NCBI RefSeq assembly: GCF_006345805.1
Contig: NC_042997.1
Span: 136,400,001-136,464,000 of the forward strand
Reading direction: 5' to 3'
DNA: 64,000 nt
Origin: Octopus sinensis
Taxonomy: Eukaryota
Both the position numbers and the translations under genes were made by a program. Shown piece by piece: positions 13,030 through 24,904 of the stretch. Position 1 is the first letter of the stretch; each line of letters starts with the position of its first letter. The notes beneath the pieces are model-generated. The model was not told where the DNA came from and searched no databases. It saw only the letters and a list, made by a program, of their open reading frames with translations.

Positions 13030-14290
13030 CTTACACAATATTTATTCAGCTATTTCTAACTTGGATGATTCTTCTCATATTTATAAAAGTGTTTGCTCTT
13101 CCTGTATTCTCAACTTTAGATGTCTTCAGTTTCTTCTTTATGGGACCCTCCACGAATTCGTAGGATGTTATAGAAGCAGTCCATGTGTTCTAAACATTCT
13201 TGGATTGGTTTGACTTTGGCGTGAAAACTGCAGAGTTGATGATACTCTCTGATACTGTTCTTGTGTAAAATCCTTTACAAATTCTCTGCATTTTCTAAGA
13301 CAAGTACTTGCACTAAAGTAAAAACAGAATAAAGTTTGGTTTTAAGCTCTACTTTGTGTTCGAGATTGACTGTGTGTCTTACCTGTAATTCAGAAATATA
13401 TTCTTCATGCGACACTTTCCTTCTATGTAAGCTGATCCATTGGTGTAGGTCATTTTTTGCACGATATCGCAGGTGCCAGGTAACTTTTTTTTTACATTGT
13501 ATGGATGATAGGACTCATTGTTTTAAAAAGGGCACAGAGGTTGATGGTTTCTTTTATACGGATCATCTGATTCGTACCTCAAGGAGTATCAGTTAGTCGT
13601 AGTTTCCATCTCCACCGTAAACTGGGGTTATAGAGTTCACATAATCTACAATATCTTGATGTTCCTATAACATGAGTGTGTTCCAGTTCTATATTTAAGA
13701 GATGAGGAATTATGTACATTATTTATATTATTTACATTTGACGGATATTTGTCCTCATCTTGTTTGTTGTTTTTTTTTTTAACAACAAACAAGATGAGGA
13801 TAAATATCCGTCAAATGTAAATAATATAAATAATGTACATGACTGTGTTATCCATGTATCTTAACCATCCTGCACATTTTAGCGGTAGAAAAACTTACTC
13901 AAGTTTTTCAAAGTACTCTGTGTAAACATTAGCCATTATTGTCGACAATGATGAACTCCTAACCATCTCTTCCTTGTGTTAGTATATTTCATTTTTGATC
14001 TAGAAGTTAGCCGTACTTAACCAAAGTGTTAATATCTGCATGATGTTATCAGCCGGTAATTTCGTGCATTCAATGTGACTTTGTTTGTTTGGGGGAAAGG
14101 GGGCTTTGTTGGGGCTTTTTTGTTGTTGCTGTTGTTGTTTTATTAATTGTTATTCTTTCTAGTCTGGTTCTGATAACCGATAACGCCTCGCCAATTGAAT
14201 CCGTTGTAAATTTGCTCAGCAAATCAAGGCCGAACATTTGGCCATGATCGGCATTTAAAATTGTCTTCTAAATTTAAATTTAATAGTATT
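13030..14290 (-). mobile_element. Penelope-like retroelement remnant (RT plus probable GIY-YIG), heavily mutated
   Basis: Ordered degenerate motifs: FGLDLLSKFTTDSIGEALSVIRTRL, LSTIMANVYTEYFEKL, WLRYMDNT (YVDD-like), YVNSITP, SYHPYNVKK...RAK, then a YEF...NTGR segment. Confidence 0.7.
13712..13840. repeat. Near-perfect 60-bp-arm inverted repeat with T9 loop, inserted in the Penelope-like remnant
   Basis: 13712-13771 is the reverse complement of 13781-13840 with one mismatch; the terminal atgtacat is itself palindromic. Confidence 0.95.
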
Positions 14291-14985
14291 TTATGTAAAT
14301 GTGAAATGGGAATCTACAGATGTTACAACTCTTGTCATTAATTATTCCAAACTTTGCCACTTGACTCTGAATACGTTTTGTAAAGACAATGGATGGACAG
14401 AATAATATTCAGTGCTTTCCTATCACCCTCGCTAAACATGCAAAAGAAGATGAACTCAACGCTGCAAGGTGACGAACGACGAACTAATATAATCTCCCTT
14501 ATCGTAAATTCCTTACAAACATTTATATTTATTTATTTATTTTTGATAATTGATATCCCCTCAATATTCCTATTCGAGAACCTGATAGGAATGATTGGAC
14601 CAAGCCTCACCAACTATCGCAGTCACATTATGGAATCATCATCCTATATATAATAATGGGACGTTTTATTGCACAAATTGCATCGTATATAGAGGTAGAG
14701 AGAGTAAAAGAGACATGCAGAAAGAATTAACATAAAAGGAGCAGGATTGTGTGTCATAACTTCGAGGAAAACACACGTTTTCTTTTTCTTTTTTATGAAT
14801 TTTTACAAAGATAGGTTTCCAAAGGTGTAGATTGCAATTATGCTGGAAAATTTAGAAAAGTAATAACATATATTATTGCAAACAAAATAGTCAATTGTTT
14901 TGTTCTCTTTTCGAAATTAGTGTTCATTTCATTATTTTGTGCACAATAGGTGCAGGCGTGGCTATGTGGTAAGAAGCTTGCTTCC

Positions 14986-17900
14986 AGTCGTTAACTGAAG
15001 CCAGTGTTGTTTTTGCTCCGTAAAGAATTTTATTGCTTTATATTGGATTTGTTACTGTTGGACTTGTTAATGTATTTTTTGGATTGTTATTATTGCTGAA
15101 CTTTGTGCTGTTGTCCGGTGTACCGGGTGATAGAAATTGTTATTTCTTTTTGTAGCTATTGTGGCAATTTTTAAACAAAATATTGCAAGAAAAAATTGGA
15201 CTTGTTAAAGTCGCTTTAGACTTTATTTTTGTGCACCGCCCCATGCGGGGACGGAATTTGAACTATTGTCAAAAAATTTATAAACTGTTTTTACAAAAAT
15301 TATTATAGGTTTTACTTGTGGAAAACCGATTTTTGTTATATTTTCTTGTATAATTAATTTCGGCTGAGCATGTCGTCCGAAGTTATACATGAAAAATGCA
15401 CTCCCGAAGAGAGTAATGTTAACTCTGTTAGAAAGTTTTCGACGGTTGCCGCTGTGGCAACCGAAAACATTGATATTCCTGTAGACAAGCTACAGGAATA
15501 TTTCAAGAGAATGAAAGAGGAAGATGGGGATATAAAAATATCACCCTCCTTCAAGACGGTTGAAACGGACCGAAAAGCAATAATATTTAAATCGTTCTGT
15601 CCAAAAAACAAACGATTTAAACATTTCGAAAAAGAGAAAATTGAAAAATGTCTTGCCCCGATTTGGAAGGACGTAGTGTATATTGCGAGGAGCAAGACAT
15701 ATAGCACCTTTGAAGTGCTGTTCGCGTCTGAGGAGAAGGCCCGCGGGTTCTCTGTAAGCCCTCTAAAAACAGACGATGTGGTGCTTCTGCCAACCTACAT
15801 GGGAAGAAGGACTTTTCGTGTAAAGGTAACAGAAGTACCACAAGAAGTCGACCCGAGAGAGGTGATGGCCGCCCTGTTGTTTAACAGGCGGACAAAATCC
15901 AATTTCTCCCGATTACATGCTTTGCTCCGCAGAATTGGCTCGGGCAGAGCATCTCGGCAATCATTCAGGGGGCCCAGGAAGACATTGAAATGCTTCCAGA
16001 CAGGGTACTTGTGGGTAAGAAATATTGAAAATCTCTGTCGAAGGCAAAAACCCACCTGTTTCGAATGTGGCAAAAAGGGCCACATTCGGGCAGATTTTGA
16101 TTTTAAATAAAAAGGATAAAACGCATACACTAGGACCTTCAAACAAAAAAATACCCCTACTCCCACACTTGCACCAACCCACACAAAGATAAAAACTCCC
16201 ACTCACTCCTTGCTGCGGTGCCAATACCCAAACAAGACACTGGAAATACAAACATCCCAACCCCTACACACACAAGCCCCTACGGAAATAAAAATACCCA
16301 CTCGCTTAAAATCTGAGGCACCTAAAAACAGAAACGCAACTTCTCAGACGATACCATGGAAGTATCCGAGGACGAGTTTACGGTGGTAGGCAAGCGTACA
16401 GTGACACCATCCCCATCTACATGCCCTACAAAGAAAACAGACACAACACCACAGAAATTTTAAAAAAAGACCCCGCCCAGCTCTCTCCGCAGAGAAAAAC
16501 ATACTAGTGGAATTTGACAATAAGCACGATTATACCTGTAGTATCCTAGCGATACATCATCTCACCACCAAACTTTATCCTGTACATAAGGATTTGAATA
16601 AACAATGTGCCTGAATAGGGGAAACCCTATACAGACAACTGAAGGACAGGAATCCAACAACCATATGGAGGATTGTAGACCTGCCCAGCTATCTGAAGAC
16701 GGAGGAGAAGGAAGGGGCCGCTTCACATATGGTGAAATCGGCTCCAATCTGTCCAGTAAAGGGCAAGTAGGACCTTTGCCTTTTATATAATAGCCTTACT
16801 TAACCTTGGTTGTTTGAATGTGAATGATCTGAGTTCGAAGTGGAAGCAGGCTTGTTTCCTCGACGATCTCAGATCACAAGATATACATGTGATGGTTGCT
16901 ACAAAGACCAAGTTGAACAGTCTACAAACCTTCTCGCCTCTCCTGAATGGCTATGAGAAGATCATTCTCCTGGCCAGACCGGAGGGCGTGGTGGTGTAGT
17001 GGTACCGATCCGTAAAGACTTGGCTCTGTAGACAAGTACAGTCTATGTGGACCCTATATGGATGACATCTCCATCATCGTGGCGGATGAGGGCCAGCTTC
17101 CAGTGGTGGAAGAAGCCATCAAAAATTACGAGGCGGTGGCAGGAGCAAAGGTTAACAAGGACAAGTCAGTCGGTTTGCAACTCGGCACCTGGAAGGACAA
17201 GCCGATAACGTCCAATAACGTCGTCGGGCATTGGACGGAAGGTCCTGTTAAGCTGCACAGAGTTTGGTTTGGTCCAGACCTCCTGAGAAAAATTGGAGTG
17301 AGGTAACCATCAAGGTGACTGCTGTAACCCAGACCTTGTCTAAGCGGGCGTTATCCTTGCTGGGAAAGGCGGAGGTGGTGCAAATGTTTATAGCATCAGT
17401 TATCAACTACAGTTTGACCGTGGTGCCTTGTCCCGATTTGTGGCTGAACAAGTTGAAGAGAATCCTTTTCCGCTTTTTGTGGAAGGGAGGAAAGCCACTT
17501 GTGAAGCGCTCTGTCTGCTGCTAGAAACCGCTAATGGGTGGGTTAGGGATGCCTTGGCTGAAGATGCGAAAACTCGCGTTCAGGTTAAGGCACAACTGGC
17601 TTTACCTGGATGGGGAGCGGGTGTGGTCACCGCACGTCCGGTTCTACCTTCCGCGTTTAACGTCCTTAACGGACATTGGAGCATGGATCAAGCAGAGACC
17701 TCGGCTGGGAGACTGGCAATTGGAGTGCTGACAGGAACTTCAGCTACACTCTCGGGCGTGCAATGCCGGAAGCAGGAGTACCACCGCAGATTTTTATAGC
17801 GGGTTAGTGGGCTTTATGTCCGAAGACGCCTTGGGGGAGACCCTGGGCCACGATGAAAATCAGTTGATCAACCTGTTCAGGAGAACGTTTGGGTCGGGGT

Positions 17901-18648
17901 ATCTGGATAATTGACATAAATCACTGGCTTAGCAGTGCTTCTGTGCGGCGTTACCTGTTCGAGACAAACTGTCAAGGCACGGAAGTGCCGTCTCCCCGAC
18001 ATGTCCGATGTGCAGGCAGGATTGGGAAACCGTCTTGCACGCATTTGTGGAGTGTCCGGAATTGAATGGGAATGATAGTTTTCGAAGAACAACTGTTGTC
18101 ATCGATGGGAAGAGTACAGCTATCGACTGAGTCTGTCATCGAGATTGTACTGCCTCCCTCCCTTAACAGAGAAAGGAAGACTTTTTTTTCTGCGAAGTAG
18201 CCATACTGAAAGAAACTGTATGGAAGACGCGTGTAAGAGGAATAGTGACAGGTACCTTCGTCTCCGGCCAGGGGTTGGTAAACTTCTTTAGTTACCACCT
18301 CATAAGTTAGATCAGGCTGGAGAAGATGTGCCTGTCGTTGAGTACATTTGTAAAACGATAGAAGCTTGTAGCAAGCAAGTTGAGAGTGACCGGAACCAGA
18401 TAAGTGGGGTCAGTGGTTAAAAGCAAAGTTTCTACCCAGATAGCTGGATTCCTTTCCTTCCTAGGCAAATAGTGGCTTTTTGCAACAATATTTATGTAAA
18501 TAAATTTTTAAATTACATCTGTAATCATATCATTCATACGAACATTAATTTTTAAACAATAAGTAGCTTCTTCATCCTTTGTGTTTGTCTGCCCTTCTTC
18601 GTCCCATCTGTGTACTACCTTTATGGCAAATTTCATGAAATAAAAAAC
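14986..18648 (+). mobile_element. Tx1/L1-like LINE, end-to-end but internally deleted and frameshifted
   Basis: 9-bp TSD cttgcttcc (14977-14985, 18649-18657); ORF1 with zinc knuckle; APE start GCLNVNDL...ATKTKL ~16806; YMDD 17055-17066; KVNKDKS; CPMC-x8-H-x4-C at 18002-18055; short A tail. Confidence 0.85.
15370..16110 (+). pseudogene. LINE ORF1 (gag-like) with degraded CCHC knuckle
   Basis: CFECGKKGHIRADF (last Cys replaced by Phe). The middle reads better in an alternate frame (DKIQFLPITCFAPQNWLGQSISAII), implying compensating frameshifts. Confidence 0.7.
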
Positions 18649-19048
18649 CTTGCTTCCCAACCACGTGGTTCCAGGTTCAGTCCACTGCGTAGAACCTTGG
18701 GTGAGTGTCTTCTAGTATAGCCTCGAGCTGATCAAAGTCCTGTAGCAGATTTCGTGAACGGAAACTAAAAGAAGCCCGTCGCGTGTATGTGTGTATCTGT
18801 GTTTATTTCCCACCACTGCTTGACAACCGGTGTTGGTATGTTTATGTCTCCGTAACTTAGCAGTTCGGTAAAAGATACCGATAGAATAAGTAGCAAACTT
18901 TAAAAAAAAATAAGTACTGGAATCGATTCATTCGACTAAAGATTCTTCAAGGCTGTGTCCCAACATGACTGAAACAAGTAAAAGATATAAAAGGCGGTAA
19001 ACAGTCAGAATTGTTAGCGTGTCGGAGACAATGCCATATTTCCTTATA

Positions 19049-19690
19049 CTAGCAATGGCGATCCAGAGTTACCCGTCATATGACGGGTCATGAGAAACAA
19101 ATACCATGTAACACGAGAGAGAAAATGAAGGAGAAAATGGAACAGAGATAGAACATAGATATAGATATAAGAGAAAGAGGTTATGTTGTCATGGAGGTAT
19201 TATGAGAAGTAGAGAACTATAGATACATAGAAAGAGGGAAGAGGAGAGTGATGGTTATATAATGGTGATTTATTTACATTTTTATTACTCTTCTCCGTTA
19301 GCAACTTAAAGAGTTCGGGTATCGATTGCAATCTGGCAACACATTTTTCGTCCCAGTAATCTTGTTTAACCTCTTCATAAACCCAATAGAAAAGTTGATA
19401 CGTTTTGAACTGAAACAGGGGAGTTTTTTCTGAACATGCGGAATTTTCGACATTCGAAATATCAAATTCCGAAAACCATTTTGAAATATAAATAAAATAT
19501 AAAGTTCGAGAGTGATTCATGATTTATGCTATTAAGATTCATTTTGATAAACCAAAAAAACCTAGTTTAAATTTCTATATATTTCCAGTCCTTACTTGAC
19601 CCAATTTTAAATAAACCGGTTTCATCCCATCTATGTCGTATTTGCTCACATCATGAGTCCATTCCGAATTCTTATTGAGTGAACTTATGC
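19049..19690 (-). mobile_element. Non-autonomous Helitron; 3' end clear, 5' limit approximate
   Basis: Minus strand hairpin acccgtcatatgacgggt followed by ...gCTAG|t at 19049-19052. Confidence 0.6.
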
Positions 19691-19726
19691 CGTTTATGTA
19701 ATTTATGGCTTAATTTTAGGAGGTTA

Positions 19727-19920
19727 AGACGGCAAGCTGGAACACTCGTTAGCACGCCGTACAAAATTCTTAGCGGTATTTCTTCCGGTTTTCAAATTCC
19801 GCCGAGGTCAAACTTAACTTTTCATCCTTTCGGGATCAATAAGTACCAGTTAAGCACTGGGGTCGATGTAATTGAAAAGCTCCTCTCCCAAAATTTCAGG
19901 CCTGGTGCCTATAGTAGAGA
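19727..19920 (+). mobile_element. SINE family C
   Basis: Matches 4033-4240 along its length. Confidence 0.8.
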
Positions 19921-21377
19921 AAAATTTGGAAAACGGTAGCATTGATTTCACCTCAAAATGCCACGTCTTCCATAATATAACAATGAATACTAATAAGGAT
20001 CGCAGTGGATTTAAATTCGAAAGGACAACTGAGATTACCGAGATGTATTACACCTAAAATAACTTCGCTCAGCCACAAGTCAAAACAGACAAAAATTCTT
20101 TTGTATTGTATGAAGATATTTTAGAAAATTGCGAAACCGTTACCATAAATAGAATGTATTGTTTATGTTGTAAATGTAGGAGGGATATATTCATTTTGGT
20201 GCATGATTTTTGTGTAGCTATTCGTGATTAAGTATGTTTAAGTTAGTTATCAGTTTGATCTGTCACTTTACTAAGACTTCTAAATATAAAGACCACAGGT
20301 AAACACTAATGTTTCGATAAACACTGTGTGTCACGATAAGTTAACACAATTTTGGTCTCCCATCAATTTTGAAATACTATTACAAATTTCTATTCAAAAC
20401 AAAAGTACGTTAATACAATAATGGTCTCTAATTTACTAAAGACGTATTTTGTGAGATTCCAACGTCAATTTATCTATCCACCTACACACAGCTATTAATA
20501 AATACATAGGATGACGAAGCGAAACGAAAGTAAACATTCAAAGAAACAGTCTGTTGCAACTCACCTACGTGAACTTCATATTGGTTTTGAATTCTGGTCG
20601 GAGTATCGTGTTATAACCTCCAAAAACACCGCACTGCTCCCTTCCGCTTCAATTAACCTATAATCGATTTTTAATACAGTTCAAACGTTGCTTGAATCCA
20701 TGCTGGTTTATAGATGATTATTAATTGGTGGAATGTTTTGAAAAAAAGGTCGCATTGATGTGTATTTCCAGTTGCAGACAGTATTACACTGATGTAGCCT
20801 AGTTTGAGATAAGTGACTATTTAGCTAGATAAGTTTGTTATAGGTAGAGCCGCATATCTGTCAACTTGTATTGTATTATGTGTGTGTGCGCGCGCGGTGA
20901 AAATTAACCCAACTAGTACGTTTAAATAAACTATTACCACAGTCTTATTAAGTGTTACAAGGCATTTTAAGGTGGATTCAACTTCGGAGAGAGTGCAGTG
21001 TGTATATCAATTTTCAAATGCTTCCAAAATATTAAAAGAGAACATTGTATGATAGACCCCGAGGAGTGAGAGAGAGAGAAAGAGAAACAGAGACAGACAG
21101 AGACAGAGATTGAGACACATTTGAAAACACATATTTATATATTAGTAAGTTACCAATTTTAAATACATACCAATGAAGAAGTTTTCTGCTAAAGAGCCAA
21201 AACTTCCTTAGGTCATGTTCTACGATTTTAAATAATATATTCGATAATATAGTCACCGAGGTGTCCATTATAAGGCGTTGCTGCAGATGGAATGTTTTTG
21301 ATTATATGTCTGCTCAGTCAGGATTGACTTGAGACACACTAGCAGCAACACTGACAGACTTTGAAATATTCCTAGGT

Positions 21378-21540
21378 GCAGACATAGCTGTATGGTTAAG
21401 AAGTTTACTTTCAAACTAAATGTTTCCGGGTTCTATCTCAATGCATGGTAAAATGGGCAATTGTCTTATATTGTCGCCTCTGATCGATTAATACTTTGTC
21501 TGGAATTCGGAGGACGGAAGCCGTGCAGAAGCCCGTCATA
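21378..21540 (+). mobile_element. SINE family A 5' half, degenerate
   Basis: Diverged head, gggcaa block and agaagcccgtc end before (CA)n(TA)n. Confidence 0.6.
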
Positions 21541-21566
21541 CCCACACACACACACACACACACATG

Positions 21567-21624
<58 letters not shown>

Positions 21625-21693
21625 TAGACATGGCCTGGACCAATCTTTGGTCGAAACATATCTAAGTTTATCTAAGTATATATATATATATCA

Positions 21694-21783
<90 letters not shown>

Positions 21784-21784
21784 G

Positions 21785-21965
21785 TATAGTTCAAATTACA
21801 GAAAACGAAAGACGAAGACAGGTGTAGGAACAACAAGCAGGTGTATTAGTTTTACGCTCGAGAAGAATGGATAAGTATTTTACGTTTCGAGCCTACGGTC
21901 TTCGACAGAAAGGATTAAGAGGAAAAAACGGAGAGAGACAAAAAAAATGTGTAGAGATTAACAGT
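21785..21965 (-). mobile_element. Penelope-type terminal repeat with hammerhead-like motif at 21878-21911
   Basis: Minus strand ttt-CTGTCGA-a-gacc-gtag-gctc-GAAA-cgt-a-aaa; homologous to 30853-31065 and 46350-46545; abuts a (TA)n/(TATG)n tract. Confidence 0.6.
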
Positions 21966-21994
21966 TCAACATGATGGAAATGTATACGTATACT

Positions 21995-22205
21995 TTTCTA
22001 TTCTAGGCACAAATCCCGAAACTTTGGGGGAGGGGGCTAGTCGATTAGATCGACCCCAGTACGCAACTGGTACTTGATTTATCGACTTCGAAAGGATGAA
22101 ACGCAAAGTCGACCTCGGCGGCATCTCAACTCAGAAAGTAAAGACAGACGAAATTCTGCTGAGGATTTCTTCCGGTGTGCTAACGTTTCTGCTAGCTCGC
22201 CACCT
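21995..22205 (-). mobile_element. SINE family C
   Basis: Reverse complement of the family C head, central domain and tail. Confidence 0.8.
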
Positions 22206-22261
<56 letters not shown>

Positions 22262-22285
22262 GTGTGTGTGTGTGTGTGTGTGTGT

Positions 22286-22341
<56 letters not shown>

Positions 22342-22439
22342 TGAGTGTGTGTGGAAGGAGTACAACAGACGTGTTTTAGTATCTTGTTCGTGTTAGTGTT
22401 TACGTGTACGCCAAAAGACCTGTTTTGTTTCGAAATAGT

Positions 22440-22565
22440 AACTTTGCCAATCATCTAAAATATGATTAAAATAAGTATATGGGTCGCTATATTCGACTAA
22501 AAGCTCTCTGAAAGCGATGCCCCAGCATGGCCGCAAATCAATGACTGAAACCGGTAGAAGGATAA
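22440..22565 (+). mobile_element. SINE family A 3' tail fragment
   Basis: gcgatgccccagcatggccgcaaatcaatgactgaaacc. Confidence 0.6.
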
Positions 22566-23260
22566 ATGAATATCTCGTCACAGTTACGAATATTTGCGAT
22601 TTAACTCTAAAATATCATCATATAAACAATCAAGTTGCATTAACGTTGGTCTTTGTAGCTGCATCTGGTTTATAGGACAAGTATTTGCGGTATTATATGA
22701 CAGTCGCTAACAATTGCCTGAAGGTTTTTGAGTTTTTTCATCGAGTAAATTGGATATTTCAATTAATTAGGTTTCTTGTTTGTTTTGCATATGGCATTCA
22801 GCCCATTATCTCCTTTTAACTTAACGAGTTGTATTGAAGATCTTTTGATAGTCACTTAATTTTTAGTGGGGTTTGGGCGATACAGACTTTCAATATTACT
22901 TTATTCAGATATGAAATATATTTAACATTTAAGTGGTTCCAAAACCTAAAAATACCATAGTACCATTTCAATCCAAACTTTAAGTTGATAGCAACCATAA
23001 TTATAATTATACATGGATTTTTCTAATTACACATTATTAAAATATACTTCATTAATTTTATATGCCTCATTAGATATTCAATATTATTGTCAATTCCCTT
23101 TCAGTTCATCATGATGATCATCTTTTAGTATAGATTTCATTTCATGCAATTATATTTGCTCTATATTTCGATTTCAAAAGAAGTAAAAGTCACATTTTTA
23201 TACACATTGTGTTTTTTCAGCATTTTACTTCATTCTTACTTTTTAGGAGTAGCATACAGT

Positions 23261-23341
<81 letters not shown>

Positions 23342-23366
23342 TTCTCTCTCTCGCTCTCTCGCTCTC

Positions 23367-23398
<32 letters not shown>

Positions 23399-23700
23399 AC
23401 TATCTACCTATCTTTTATTTCACACTCGCTCTGTTTTCCACTCTGTCATTTCTCACTCTGCATACACCCCCCCACACACACACACACACACATGCACACA
23501 CATACACACACAAACACACACACATAAAGAAAAAAGGCGAGGACTGGGTTGCGTGGATGAGGCTGTATATCGCTAGACTCGAAAATTTCCAGAATACACC
23601 AATGATGACGTATCCAACATGCACTTATAGGTATATAAAGAACTATTAATACATACATACGTGCGCGCCTGCATGTGTGTGTGCGTGTGTGTGTGTGCTT

Positions 23701-24170
23701 AGACTAAATTTTGACCGGCTTATCGACTTGGTAGAAAGGTTGTGAAAGAAAGTATCTTGATTTAACCATCATTCATTAAATTTTAAGAAGGTCTTGTAGA
23801 TTCTTATAGTCCCGCATATCATGATCATTTGTAGCGTCAGAATTAAGGATTTGCATTCTTTCCCAAAGATTCCAAGTTCAGACATACTTTGCTCCAGACG
23901 GTTGCTCCAGTAATAATGGAAATGAAGCTGAAAGTGTATCTTGGGTACTGGATTTGCAAACTCCTTATCAATGGTCCATATATGTCCTCTTTCTAATATA
24001 TTTTTCTAACTATATTCGTGTCCGGGGAGCAGCTGATTTCCACACAGAACATATCTTTTCTTTGTGTTCCCACACAATGATACCAGGCCGGTTGTTTTAA
24101 CTTGGTGGTTGTTTTAATTTTTAAGTTCCAACAGTATTCTTTTCACCCATCGGCCTCAACATGGTCAATT
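23701..24170 (-). mobile_element. R4/Dong-like RLE LINE 3' fragment, copy 1
   Basis: NRPGIIVWEHKEKICSV-EISCSPDTNI...YGPLIRSLQIQYPRYTF...GTIRIYKTFLKF: a restriction-like endonuclease C-terminus with frameshifts. Confidence 0.7.
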
Positions 24171-24189
24171 TCATTTATAGGTATTCTCT

Positions 24190-24221
<32 letters not shown>

Positions 24222-24258
24222 TGTATGTATGTATGTATATGTATGTATGTATGTATGT

Positions 24259-24722
24259 CTCCTCTGTATTTAATTCTTTAAATTCTTCCTCTAGAGAAGA
24301 AGCTGGTTTCAAACAAGATTACATTAGCTCCATCTTCGGAATGCAGCTAACGAAAAGAATGTCACAGTTTAAATCTGAGAAAAGTTTTGCATAGTTTTAC
24401 TGTTCCGCTTACAGATTGTATATGCAATGTGCGAATCAGTTGGTTGATTTCTTTTCCTGAAAATTGAAGCTTATCCAAACTGTCAGGATATTTACTTACA
24501 AAACCAAGTGATCCTATTATTATTGGCATAAATGTAAATTTGTGAACCGGATATTGAAGCTGGAGGTGGCGAAGCAGTTGTCCAATTTTATCTTCTTTCT
24601 CTTTGACTTTCAGAGAGATATTCACAGCAGGACAGCTGACCTCTATGATGGTACTTGCTTTTTCGTATCTGTCCCAAACAACATTATCCCGTCTGTTAAG
24701 TTTACAATTGAAAGTATTCCTT
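24259..24722 (-). mobile_element. R4/Dong-like RLE LINE 3' fragment, copy 2, flanked by (TACA)n on both sides
   Basis: RRDNVVWDRYEKASTIIEVSCPAVNISLKVKEKEDKIG...PIIIGSLG...GTVKLCKTFLRF*; arrays at 24192-24258 and 24723-24780. Confidence 0.75.
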
Positions 24723-24904
24723 GTATGTATGTATGTATGTATGTATGTATGTATGTAGTATGTATGTATGTATGTATGTATAATATATGCATATAAGAAA
24801 AAAAGATATATACATATATACAGATATTTTTCTGCACTTTTGAATAAACCATCATTCGCTGACATGAGGACGATAGAAAAAAAATCGAATACCTTCTATT
24901 TATA

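Larger units (their letters stand above)
14948..18990 (+). mobile_element. SINE family A split in two (14948-14985 and 18649-18990) by a LINE insertion
   Basis: Head ends ...gtggtaagaagcttgcttcc at 14985 and resumes cttgcttcc-caaccacgtggttccagg at 18649. Confidence 0.9.

Noticed and set aside
13035-13680. Apparent minus-strand exons with a convincing 71-nt GT-AG intron at 13313-13383
   Set aside because: The phase-consistent frame has six stops, and the region reads as ordered Penelope-like RT/GIY-YIG motifs, so the splice signals are probably chance.
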